Assembly: GCA_963845185.1 (NCBI GenBank)
Contig: CAWJRG010000010.1
Coordinates: 192,001-256,000 of the forward strand
Direction: 5' to 3'
DNA from: an uncultured bacterium
GTDB taxonomy: Bacteria; Oederibacteriota; PGYV01; CAWJRG01
DNA: 64,000 bases
The notes below the pieces were generated by a model. It did not search any database, was not told the origin of the DNA, and saw only the letters and a program-made list of their open reading frames with translations. Position 1 is the first letter of the stretch. Every line of letters begins with the position of its first letter. A program made the translations under genes and the position numbers. This document shows positions 29,901 to 37,869 of this stretch, in pieces.

Positions 29901-30560
29901 GTTCTGCAATACTCCCTCTGCCCTTTTATCCAGTGTAATTGAATTTGCGGGCGGCGTTGGCAGCGGCCAGCCTAATACCAGCCCGGAACCGTTTGGACTG
30001 CATGCGCCGTTTGTTAAAGCAACCCAGTTGCTTCCTCCAAAATATGAACTATCTGCGCCTATGAGCAGATTAAGGTTAGTCGCGCCGCATGCTGTCCCCA
30101 TCTGCTGTGCGCCCGGCATTGTCAGGGTATATGTTTCTGTAACCAACATTCCACTACCCGCGCCGCCGCAGTCATTGCAGTTCTGGACAAACGGTGACGG
30201 CATTGGCAAATTATAGCCAAAATTCATGCCACTGTTCGCGTTATTTGGGTTTGCGTCGGGAATATTTATACCGTCGCTGCTTATTAAGAATACCTGGCCT
30301 CCTGTATTGGGAGGCTGGAAAGCACTGCTCGTGCTCGCAGCAACAAGCAGTTCATTAGGGATAGAATACTCATCTATACACATATTAATATTTAAAATAA
30401 ATTGCTGTTCCCAACCCGGGTTTGAAGGTATTATATTTGCTGAAATTATTTGCGGGGAGTTTGCGTAAACCAAACTGCCTGATAATAAAAATGACAATAT
30501 GACAAGGCAAAAACTGAAGGCTTTTATTTTTTGAGGCTTTTTATTTGCGGTCGTTTTCAA
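27000..30560 (-). CDS. Secreted DUF11/Ig-repeat + lectin-like adhesin paralogue 1, Thr-rich, type-1 CTD
   Basis: Homologous to the 30668-34372 and 37870-41015 genes; DUF11-like TITDALP/YDTVP/TISKT motifs; YPNP..SDGTYYYV..IILR tail. Start reassigned to TTG 30560 (GGAG RBS, promoter at 30600-30628). Confidence 0.7.
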   Translation of the reverse strand: MKTTANKKPQKIKAFSFCLVILSFLLSGSLVYANSPQIISANIIPSNPGWEQQFILNINMCIDEYSIPNELLVAASTSSAFQPPNTGGQVFLISSDGINIPDANPNNANSGMNFGYNLPMPSPFVQNCNDCGGAGSGMLVTETYTLTMPGAQQMGTACGATNLNLLIGADSSYFGGSNWVALTNGACSPNGSGLVLGWPLPTPPANSITLDKRAEGVLQNVGDLVLFSIDYTYGNGPLTITDALPGGGSLALVSVGPSSINSGSVSAPVAGATTGTVTWTFPTSTYMKSGTVWILMMMTTAMASGTSIPNTATGTSGSTNASASATLIVGQAAISVQKLESVSTFMKLPSSSVMITYYLNYQVNGDQLKVYRAFDDTATGTSSTTPPSGWKLMPYNTDNGTWTISDPCNSGDRILTGAGQSSSYPALLLDDPTPSNVQICTGIVEADVFINPGTYPGADGLVILRDNGQTGANNYGYSLILSMDTAPSDGYLAIQRCGGGMACIYGGASSSQTITGNTWYRTKTYMTTNGTDYIFNAKVWQIGQPEPAGYQVSWTDTGAASNANFNCSGTGTYTDWRPGVGNQSGDGNGTVQDSYNNFMILVPRVAANAVLYDTVPTGLTYQGSSPGASGTSPVSWQLGNISDQSGSYTWWASTSACAESFTNVGGIGATNIVPEFSNQTVFNIICISPTVTPTTTPAFTISKTSSKTIINTTNDIVTFNLVFCNNSGGATQNFTIIDDWSSDNADGWQFNWNNNTNINANGISTINVNTNNGISTVSIVPTPGGFMGCYTWQMWLTNNQHINTCNWNNNASLIYPGQAASPVSTVIMQDACSTPTVTFTQVPPGSTLTNTPTVTPTYTITPTVPCGCTASTTPTETPTMTTTQSMPPIFTINKTVVGSADMTDINAANIITFALHICNTGGYTVNQVLLTDSWNSTADDQFSGPYGVSNGSMGPNESNGSFNFSLTWPSGFAANSCQDFTYTVENYYLSSQYWCMTWPNTASISYAGVTVNSNTINVNHICPSSTSTFTVTPTYTYTATMTLTPSLTVTITPTASQTQQIAGATSTPTLNIQQVTPTATPAPPHKKPRPYPNPVNPGKWPGLTILYYFTQGTDRVTVKIYTVSFRLVKQFVFDGAQMQQIITQGYLNFEPGELNDLSDGTYYYVILTDNNGKTEISEPDTIIILR

Positions 30561-30599
30561 GTTTCGCCGTCTCCTTTGATGTTTCCTGCCCTTATACAT

Positions 30600-30637
30600 A
30601 TTATATTGAGTTCCCCCATCTCTGTCAATGGGGGAAC
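30600..30637 (-). promoter_or_regulatory. Consensus sigma70 promoter overlapped by a perfect 10-bp inverted repeat (candidate operator)
   Basis: TTGACA(30628-30623)-N17-TATAAT(30605-30600); GTTCCCCCAT-N8-ATGGGGGAAC at 30610-30637. Confidence 0.7.
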
Positions 30638-30667
30638 ATTGCTATGCCGGTTTAGTTCAAACGTTCC

Positions 30668-33600
30668 TTACCTTACAACCGCCACCTTTTCAGTTACTTT
30701 GCACTGGCCGAGCCGTATATAAATCAAATATATGCCTGAAGCCACGGTCTTGCCGCTGTCATTGGTTCCGTCCCAGGAAGCATTCACATCCCCGCTTTCC
30801 TGGTCGTTTGCGATTGTTTTTACCAGAATGCCGTTTCTGTCGTAAACTATTATGACTACGCTCATCTGCGTATAAAGCGAATAATGGATGGTCAGGTATT
30901 GGCCCTGCGACGGATAAATAATATTCTGAAATAATGTTATAGTTTGGCACGGCATTTGGCTTGTAGCCGGCGTTGGTTGAATCACAAGAGTTGGCGTTGC
31001 TGTCACAGTAGCCGTGGAAGTTATGGGTGTAACTGGATATGTCGCAGATGTTGTCGGCGTATTTGTGGCAGTCACTATTGGCGTCAATGCAGACGTAAAA
31101 GTGGCTGTAGGCGAACATACAAAAAAGGACGCGCCGGATATTGCGCCCTGGCTGTCCATGGCAGTGTTTACGATAGTGCCCGAATTTGACGTCACCTGTC
31201 CCACCCATGCTGCAACGCCGCTCTGCCCTGGCCCAAGGGGGTTTGAAAAAGTCCAGTTTATGACACCGGCATTATTACTCCCGCTGCCGCTTATTGACAC
31301 TACATTCATTTGAGCCGGTATCGTGTCCCATATAGCATAAGCGTTTATTGTAGTTGCGCCGACATTAATGTAACTTATGCTGTATGTCACCAAATCGTTC
31401 AAGCCTGCGCACGCCGCGCTCGCTGTTTTTGTGATTGACGTGGCCCCGGTTATATTCTGTGTATTTGTAACCGTCGGGGTTGATGCCGTAGTTGCCGTAT
31501 CTATCGGCGTGTATGTCCCTGTCACGGTCGGCGTGTTTGTTTGCGTCCATGTCGGCGTCGGAGTGCTCGTGGATGCGTTTGTCACTACCAGTGTCATTGT
31601 CCATGTTGGCGTATATGTATATGTCGGCGTGTTTGTCCGTGTCCATGTCGGCGTGCTTGTTGATGTGCCTGATAGTACAGGCGGCGGAGTAAATGTTATA
31701 GTCATAGTATATGTCTTAGTGACTGTTGAAGTCACCGTATTCGTTGATGTGCCTGAAATTGCGGGTGTCGGCGTCCAGGTTGTCGTAATAGTATACGTCT
31801 GCGATGGCGTAGGCGATGTTGTCAATAAGCCGGTGTTTATTGTAGGTGAAGGCGTAACTGTGAATATAGAACAGTTATCTGACAAAATCACCGTGGATAC
31901 AACCGACGGCTGCCCGTTCCAGGCAAGCGATGCGTTGTTGTGCCAGTTGCATGTATTGTTGGATTGCGCGTTCCCTATATACATCTGGAATGTAAAGCAC
32001 CCCGTAAACCCTGTGGGCGTCGGTTGAAATATAAATTGTGTCCATTCCGCGCTCGGGACGCCGATGTTGGCTGTCAGGGAATATATTCCGTTGCCGACAG
32101 GGGACGTGTAATACGGGTTTAAATACTGCCACTGGTCGCCAGAACTGCTTGACCAGTCGTCATAAACAGTAAAAGCCTGCGTCACTGCGCCACTGTTGTT
32201 GCATATTACAATGTTAAAAGTAAGCTGGTCTGTGTTAACGATATTTGTTGTTTTGCTGGCTGTTTTTGATATTGTAAAATTCGGCGTAGGTGTAGGCGTC
32301 ACTGTGACTGTCGGCGACGCGCATACCACGTTGAAAACTGTCTGGTTTGAGAATTGCGCTGCCGGGCCTCCTGATTGTGTTCCCGAGATGCCTGCTACAT
32401 TTGTAAAGCTCTGGTTGCACGCCGAAGTGGATGCCCACCACGTATATGAGCCGCTCTGGTCGCTTATATTTCCAAGGTTCCATGTCAGCATGCTGCCGTT
32501 CTGGCTTCCAGCCGGATTTGACCCCTGATATGTCAATCCTGCGGGTATCGTGTCAAAAAGCGCAGTATTTGCCGATACCCTGGTATTGTATGTCATAAAA
32601 TTATTATATGAGTCCTGCGTTGTGCCGTCCTGATCGTTTCCCTGCTCGCCTACGCCGGGCCTCCAGTCTGAGTTTGTTCCGCCGTGGTCAGGGCATTCCC
32701 AGTTCGGGTCTGTGTTTGATGTAGTGTCTGTCCATGTAAGCTGGTATGCTATCGGTTCAGGCTGGCCCACCTGCCACACTTTTGCCTGGAAAGTAAAGCC
32801 GTTTCCGCTTATCAATATTTTTACCCTGTACCATGTGTTGCCTGTTAGGGCAAGTGATGCTGGGTCAACATAAGCGGGCCATGAGCATGTCCCTCCTCCG
32901 CATTTCTGTATGCCAACATACCCGCCTGAAGGAGCAGTATCTATTGACAGAAGCAATCCGTATTCGTAACCGGCGTTTCCGGTTAGTCCGTTGCTGCGGA
33001 TTATTATAAATGCGTCCGAGCCTGTATAATTGCCCGGATTTATCATTACATCGGATTCTATTATTCCAGAATTGCACATCTGCACATTCGCTGGCGTCGG
33101 GTCGTCCAAAAGTAAAGCAGGATATTTCATGGGTGCCGAAACACTGCCTGTTATTATCCTGTCGCCTGTGTTGCACGCGTCGCTTATTGTCCATATGCCG
33201 GTCTGACCGCTTCCGTCCATATCAGGAAGGAATTTCCATCCCGGCGGCGGTGAACTGCTGTATGCCCCGTTTGCTGCATCGTCTAACATCCTTATTGCCT
33301 TTAATACATTTCCGTTTATCTGGTAATTCAAATAATATGTTATCGTAACTGTGGAACTTGGCAGTTTTAAAAATGAATTAATGCTTTGTTCTTTGTCCAG
33401 CGACAGTCCAACCGTGCCCACTGTAAGGTTCGCCGTAGACGAGCTGTTGGCTGATCCGTTTGTGCCTGTTGCCGTGTTTGATATTACCGTGCCTGTCGCT
33501 ATTGCGCATGTCATTTGCAGCAAAATCCAGACCGTGCCTGACTTGGTATAAGTCGTGCTCGGCATTGTCCATGACACTGTGCCTGAAGTGGAGCCGAGCG

Positions 33601-34372
33601 CAGGAGCGCTCACGCTGCCGCCCGATGGCGCAGGATTCGGGCCGTAGTCAATGAGAGCAAGGCACCCTCCGCCCGGTATCGGGTCGGTTATTGTCGCGCT
33701 TCCGTTGCCATATGTGTAGTCAACCGAGTAAAGCACTTTGTCTCCGACAAGCGCGAGCGTGCCCTGCACGTTCTTGTGCACGCTTACCGACTGCGCCGGC
33801 GTCGGTATCGGCCAGTTTAATGTTTGATAATCGCACACAGGCATAGCGCTGCTCCAACTCATAATGTTATTTTCAAAACCAGCAATCATGTTTAAATTTG
33901 TTATGCTGCTTCCGCATGATGCGCTTCCCATGTCGGCCGCATTCGGCATTGTAAGCGTATACTGTGCTGTTCGCATCATCCCGCTGGTTGAGCCGCCGCA
34001 TTCCGCGCAATTAGGGAGAAAGGGGCTTGGTATGGGTATATTGTAGCCTATATTTCCCGCCGGATTCGGATTTGTCGAATGGACATCAATGCCAAGATTG
34101 CTTACCAGGAATACCTGGCCCGCTGTGTTTATTGCTTGCGGCGTGCTGCTTGTGCTTATTGCGACATCCAGGGCTCCGGCGTTATACTGGTCTATGCAAT
34201 ATGAAATATTAAGCTCGAATTGCTGCCCCCATCCTGGATTCGTAGGATTCATTGTTGCCGAGATTATGCCGTCAGCTTCTAATATGGAAGGCATAAACAG
34301 GAATGATAAAATGATAAGGAATAAACTTCCGGTTTTTACCGCTTCTATTTTTTTATCTGTCATCGTTTTCAT
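30668..34372 (-). CDS. Secreted DUF11/Ig-repeat + lectin-like adhesin paralogue 2, Thr-rich, type-2 (FlgD-Ig-like) CTD
   Basis: Same passenger as paralogues 1 and 3; tail QNIIYP..IHYSLY..VYDRNG.LVKT..WDGTNDSG.TVASGIY..KVAVVR. Confidence 0.75.
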   Translation of the reverse strand: MKTMTDKKIEAVKTGSLFLIILSFLFMPSILEADGIISATMNPTNPGWGQQFELNISYCIDQYNAGALDVAISTSSTPQAINTAGQVFLVSNLGIDVHSTNPNPAGNIGYNIPIPSPFLPNCAECGGSTSGMMRTAQYTLTMPNAADMGSASCGSSITNLNMIAGFENNIMSWSSAMPVCDYQTLNWPIPTPAQSVSVHKNVQGTLALVGDKVLYSVDYTYGNGSATITDPIPGGGCLALIDYGPNPAPSGGSVSAPALGSTSGTVSWTMPSTTYTKSGTVWILLQMTCAIATGTVISNTATGTNGSANSSSTANLTVGTVGLSLDKEQSINSFLKLPSSTVTITYYLNYQINGNVLKAIRMLDDAANGAYSSSPPPGWKFLPDMDGSGQTGIWTISDACNTGDRIITGSVSAPMKYPALLLDDPTPANVQMCNSGIIESDVMINPGNYTGSDAFIIIRSNGLTGNAGYEYGLLLSIDTAPSGGYVGIQKCGGGTCSWPAYVDPASLALTGNTWYRVKILISGNGFTFQAKVWQVGQPEPIAYQLTWTDTTSNTDPNWECPDHGGTNSDWRPGVGEQGNDQDGTTQDSYNNFMTYNTRVSANTALFDTIPAGLTYQGSNPAGSQNGSMLTWNLGNISDQSGSYTWWASTSACNQSFTNVAGISGTQSGGPAAQFSNQTVFNVVCASPTVTVTPTPTPNFTISKTASKTTNIVNTDQLTFNIVICNNSGAVTQAFTVYDDWSSSSGDQWQYLNPYYTSPVGNGIYSLTANIGVPSAEWTQFIFQPTPTGFTGCFTFQMYIGNAQSNNTCNWHNNASLAWNGQPSVVSTVILSDNCSIFTVTPSPTINTGLLTTSPTPSQTYTITTTWTPTPAISGTSTNTVTSTVTKTYTMTITFTPPPVLSGTSTSTPTWTRTNTPTYTYTPTWTMTLVVTNASTSTPTPTWTQTNTPTVTGTYTPIDTATTASTPTVTNTQNITGATSITKTASAACAGLNDLVTYSISYINVGATTINAYAIWDTIPAQMNVVSISGSGSNNAGVINWTFSNPLGPGQSGVAAWVGQVTSNSGTIVNTAMDSQGAISGASFFVCSPTATFTSALTPIVTATNTPTTSATYPVTPITSTATVTATPTLVIQPTPATSQMPCQTITLFQNIIYPSQGQYLTIHYSLYTQMSVVIIVYDRNGILVKTIANDQESGDVNASWDGTNDSGKTVASGIYLIYIRLGQCKVTEKVAVVR

Positions 34373-34422
34373 ATTTCACTTTCTCCTTTAGCGCTCCCTG
34401 CCTTAATTCAACCCTATGCCCT

Positions 34423-34450
34423 TTAGACAATTTATTTCTGTTTTTGTTCC
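34423..34450 (-). promoter_or_regulatory. ECF (sigmaE/W-type) promoter
   Basis: GGAAC-aaaaacagaaataAATT-GTCTAA (17-nt spacer). Confidence 0.75.
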
Positions 34451-34515
34451 AACTATTTTGATTAATTTTAGTCCCACATAACCCTTAATATTCAACGGAA
34501 CCCTATATTTCCACA

Positions 34516-34556
34516 TAAAAATAAAAATCCGCGAAACATTTTAGCCGCGGATTTTT
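34516..34556 (-). terminator. Intrinsic terminator downstream of the GH8 gene 34689-37739
   Basis: Minus strand AAAAATCCGCGG..loop..TCGCGGATTTTTATTTTT. Confidence 0.6.
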
Positions 34557-34688
34557 GCCTTTATCCCTTCCCTCCCGTAAGATAATTTTCAATTTCCAAT
34601 TTTCAATTATTTTCAATTTTATTAACAACCTTCAATTTCTTTAAGCCTTTCAATCCAAAAATCTACATTCTTAAATCTAAAACTATAT

Positions 34689-37600
34689 TTATCTTATAAC
34701 CGCCACTTTTTCTTTTCTTTCGCATTTGCCGAGTTTCATGTAAAGCAAATATATGCCCGAACTTACTGTCTGGCCATTGTCATTGGTCCCATCCCACGAA
34801 ATATCCCAATCCCCGTTTTCCCGGTCTTCTGCAATTGTTTTTACCAAAATGCCGTTCCTGTTATAAACCTTTATAACCACATCCATCTGTGTATAAAGCG
34901 AATAATGTATTGCCAGGTATTTGCCCAGCCCCGGGTAAATAATATTCTGGAAAAGTGTTAAAGTCTGGCACGGCGACTGGTTCGCCGGCGGCGCGCCGAC
35001 ACTCACAGGCGTCGCTGTTATTGTAACTGTTGCAGTCAAAGTTGCAGTAGTGACAGGCGGCGTGGCCATTGTCTGCGTAATAGTGGCTGTCTCCAATTGC
35101 GTCAATTCAGGCGTAAAGGTGGTTGTTGCCGATTGCGTTATTGCCATGGTTGCCGTATCTACCGGCGTATTTGTCGATGTAGCTGTTGTTGTCGCGCATG
35201 TGAACAGGTTGCTCGACGCTGACGCGCTGGTCATCACTGCTCCGTTAACAGCGTCTGTTCCGCTTGCAGTCCCGCTGAATGTCATATTGTTGCATATTAC
35301 AATATTATATACCCAGGTAAATGAGGCTCCTGAACCCGCTGCAATCGGTGTGCTCGCAGGGCTTACCCCGGAAACAATAACAGCAGCTCCCCCGCCGGAT
35401 TGTGATAAACTTGACGGCACCACGTTATTTGCTGTATTTGTTCCTGTATTTATCACCTGCATCACAACTGTTATATCCTCTTCGGACGAGGCACTCGCCG
35501 GCAGTATGGTAATACTGCTTATTGTAAGATTTATCGCTATTGTTGGTGTTGTTGTCAATGTCATTGTAGGCGACTGCGTCATTGGCATGGTTATCGTGTT
35601 TGTAGGAAACGGCGTGCATGTGGATGTGCCTGTGCCAAATACCGGAGTCAATGTAATGGTCACCGTGCATGTAGGCGTAACAGTAAAAGTCGATGTACTT
35701 GTAATATTCGGCGTGGCTGTCCATGACATTGCCGGCGTGTATGTCGGCGTTACTGTAAATGTGCATATGCAGGGCGGCGGGGTAAATGTCGGGGTTACTG
35801 TGCGCGTCGATATTGGCGTCGGCGTCCATCCCAGGCTCGGATAAAACCCCACGTCGTCTATTGATAAATCAACACCATGCCCGAAATCATATGTCTGCCA
35901 GTTTATCTGCAGCAGGTTTTGCAATACCAGCGTTAAGCTTACGCTTGTCCCCCATCCTGTTTCCTGCGTCAGGTCCGAAAACGGTATCTGCATTTGCGAC
36001 CATACAGTCGGCGGGAGAAATGTATATTTATAGTCGTTGGATCCTGTGCTTGTAACCGATGCCGGCGCAATAAACCTGATGCTGTACTGATGAATCCCGT
36101 CTCCTTTTACTGCCATTATAAATCCGGTAAAACCGCTGACATCCCTTGTTGTAATAGTGCTCGCGTCAACATTTGTCCCAAGGCCGACGTATGGATCAGT
36201 TTCTGCCGCCGGGCAATTAGGCGCGTTGTTGCAGCTGGCCGGACAATATGTTATATAAACATATCCGGTTACCCTGGCGCAATACGCCGTGCCGTACGGG
36301 CTTCCTGCCCAGCCGGGTGATGACATTACAAACGTTGCGCCTTGCTTTGGCCATACCGTGGTTGTATCATTTGCGCAAGTTGTTGTGCCGTAATACGAAT
36401 ACCACATGCCTCCCCAGTTATTTATCGCATTCCCATCCTCAAATGAATCAAGCAATGCCACTGGAACCAAATGCGTTGCTGTCGGCGTAAATGTCGGCGT
36501 CGCGCACATGCAGGTATCCCTTAAATCCCAAAGATTCCCTGTCATTAAAAGCAGAGACAATATCTGCCACGAGTCGGTGTAAAATGAGTTCGGCGCAAAA
36601 CTTCCTGTTTCTGTGCAGTAATTATTCAGGACTGACTGGTAACTTCCTGTCGCATTCCTCATGAAAGAACACCCTATGGGCCCTGTGAAACAGGCGTTGT
36701 GATTGGTTCCAATTATATTTCCGCTTGATACTGTATATCCGTCCTCTATTGCCGTGGCTGATACCCCGCTGAAAAATCCTGATATGTCCGCCTGTTCAGA
36801 CCCGGTGTCTACTCCATTCCACGAATAATATAACTCGAATTTCCATGGCACCCTGCATGAATTATATAAATAATCCAACCCGTTGCATGGGCCGTTTCCT
36901 CCGCTGCTGCACGGGTCTCCGTTCTCCACTGCGCCTCCCGACAAACACGAATCTCCTATCAGCCCGTTTGCCGGGTTCCTCGTTGCTCCCGCCATCCATG
37001 CAATCATTGAAGCCAACACGCTGTTCCATTTAGCCGAGTTTGTCGTGTCTACGTTTGCCCATATATAATAATATGCAGGGTCCCAGTATGACGGGTAATA
37101 CCATGTATTCCATTGGTCCCCCGGGTTTACGGCAGAGTTACCTGAATCTACGTCGTGTGCCAAAACATACCCTTCTTCCGTAATTGCCTGGGTTAATATG
37201 CTTGCATCGCTGTTGCCCGGCGACGGCCCAAATTGCCACGCTGCCATTAACACAGAAAATGCTATATCTTCGTCACCATCTGTTTCTGAATCTGCCGGGC
37301 TTGCTTTGTTGCTTCCGTCTGAATTCAGGTTCCATACCATGAGATTGTTTGAATCAAGATGAAATTGCATATAACTCCATAAATTATTAAATGTCGTCGC
37401 GTCTCCAAAATATACCGCCATCAGCATCCCGTATCCTATTCCCTCTGAAGTTGTGTCATTGCTCTGGTCCGGCCTCATCACCCGCTCGTAACCGTTGGCC
37501 CCGGAAGTCGAAATGTAATGTACCTTCCACGTGTTGTACAGGTTTAACAGGTTTGTATTGTTGTAACTTGTCGAGTATATCCCGTATGGATATGCATGGT

Positions 37601-37739
37601 TTATCGGAAATGGGAAATTGGCGTTTGTGTTGGTGATTATATTTGCGCCAAATGCCTGGCAGGACAGGATAATTATAAAAAACAGGAATATTCCTGCTTT
37701 TTTTATTGCTCTGGCCTCTTTATAGGTTTTTATATTCAT
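34689..37739 (-). CDS. Secreted GH8 glycoside hydrolase + CIA30/CBM11-like + Thr-rich linker + Ig domain + type-2 CTD
   Basis: DTTSEGIGYGM, SETDGDEDIAFS, YNSCRVPW; tail QNIIYP..WDGTNDNG..SSGIY..KVAVIR. Confidence 0.88.
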   Translation of the reverse strand: MNIKTYKEARAIKKAGIFLFFIIILSCQAFGANIITNTNANFPFPINHAYPYGIYSTSYNNTNLLNLYNTWKVHYISTSGANGYERVMRPDQSNDTTSEGIGYGMLMAVYFGDATTFNNLWSYMQFHLDSNNLMVWNLNSDGSNKASPADSETDGDEDIAFSVLMAAWQFGPSPGNSDASILTQAITEEGYVLAHDVDSGNSAVNPGDQWNTWYYPSYWDPAYYYIWANVDTTNSAKWNSVLASMIAWMAGATRNPANGLIGDSCLSGGAVENGDPCSSGGNGPCNGLDYLYNSCRVPWKFELYYSWNGVDTGSEQADISGFFSGVSATAIEDGYTVSSGNIIGTNHNACFTGPIGCSFMRNATGSYQSVLNNYCTETGSFAPNSFYTDSWQILSLLLMTGNLWDLRDTCMCATPTFTPTATHLVPVALLDSFEDGNAINNWGGMWYSYYGTTTCANDTTTVWPKQGATFVMSSPGWAGSPYGTAYCARVTGYVYITYCPASCNNAPNCPAAETDPYVGLGTNVDASTITTRDVSGFTGFIMAVKGDGIHQYSIRFIAPASVTSTGSNDYKYTFLPPTVWSQMQIPFSDLTQETGWGTSVSLTLVLQNLLQINWQTYDFGHGVDLSIDDVGFYPSLGWTPTPISTRTVTPTFTPPPCICTFTVTPTYTPAMSWTATPNITSTSTFTVTPTCTVTITLTPVFGTGTSTCTPFPTNTITMPMTQSPTMTLTTTPTIAINLTISSITILPASASSEEDITVVMQVINTGTNTANNVVPSSLSQSGGGAAVIVSGVSPASTPIAAGSGASFTWVYNIVICNNMTFSGTASGTDAVNGAVMTSASASSNLFTCATTTATSTNTPVDTATMAITQSATTTFTPELTQLETATITQTMATPPVTTATLTATVTITATPVSVGAPPANQSPCQTLTLFQNIIYPGLGKYLAIHYSLYTQMDVVIKVYNRNGILVKTIAEDRENGDWDISWDGTNDNGQTVSSGIYLLYMKLGKCERKEKVAVIR

Positions 37740-37786
37740 ATTTCACTCTTTCCTTAACGTTTCGGCTGTATTTAACTCAATACTAT

Positions 37787-37814
37787 TTAGACAATTTTAA
37801 ATTATTTTTGTTCC
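37787..37814 (-). promoter_or_regulatory. ECF promoter
   Basis: GGAAC-aaaaataatttaaAATT-GTCTAA (17-nt spacer). Confidence 0.75.
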
Positions 37815-37869
37815 AATTTTTTCCATTTATTTACATGCAAAAATCTGCATTCTAAAATCTAAAGCTATA

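Noticed and set aside
34580..34680. Degenerate 7-mer tracts (ttttcaa/aatttcc; also ~50820-50845)
   Set aside because: Short, low-complexity AT-rich intergenic filler with no supportable function.
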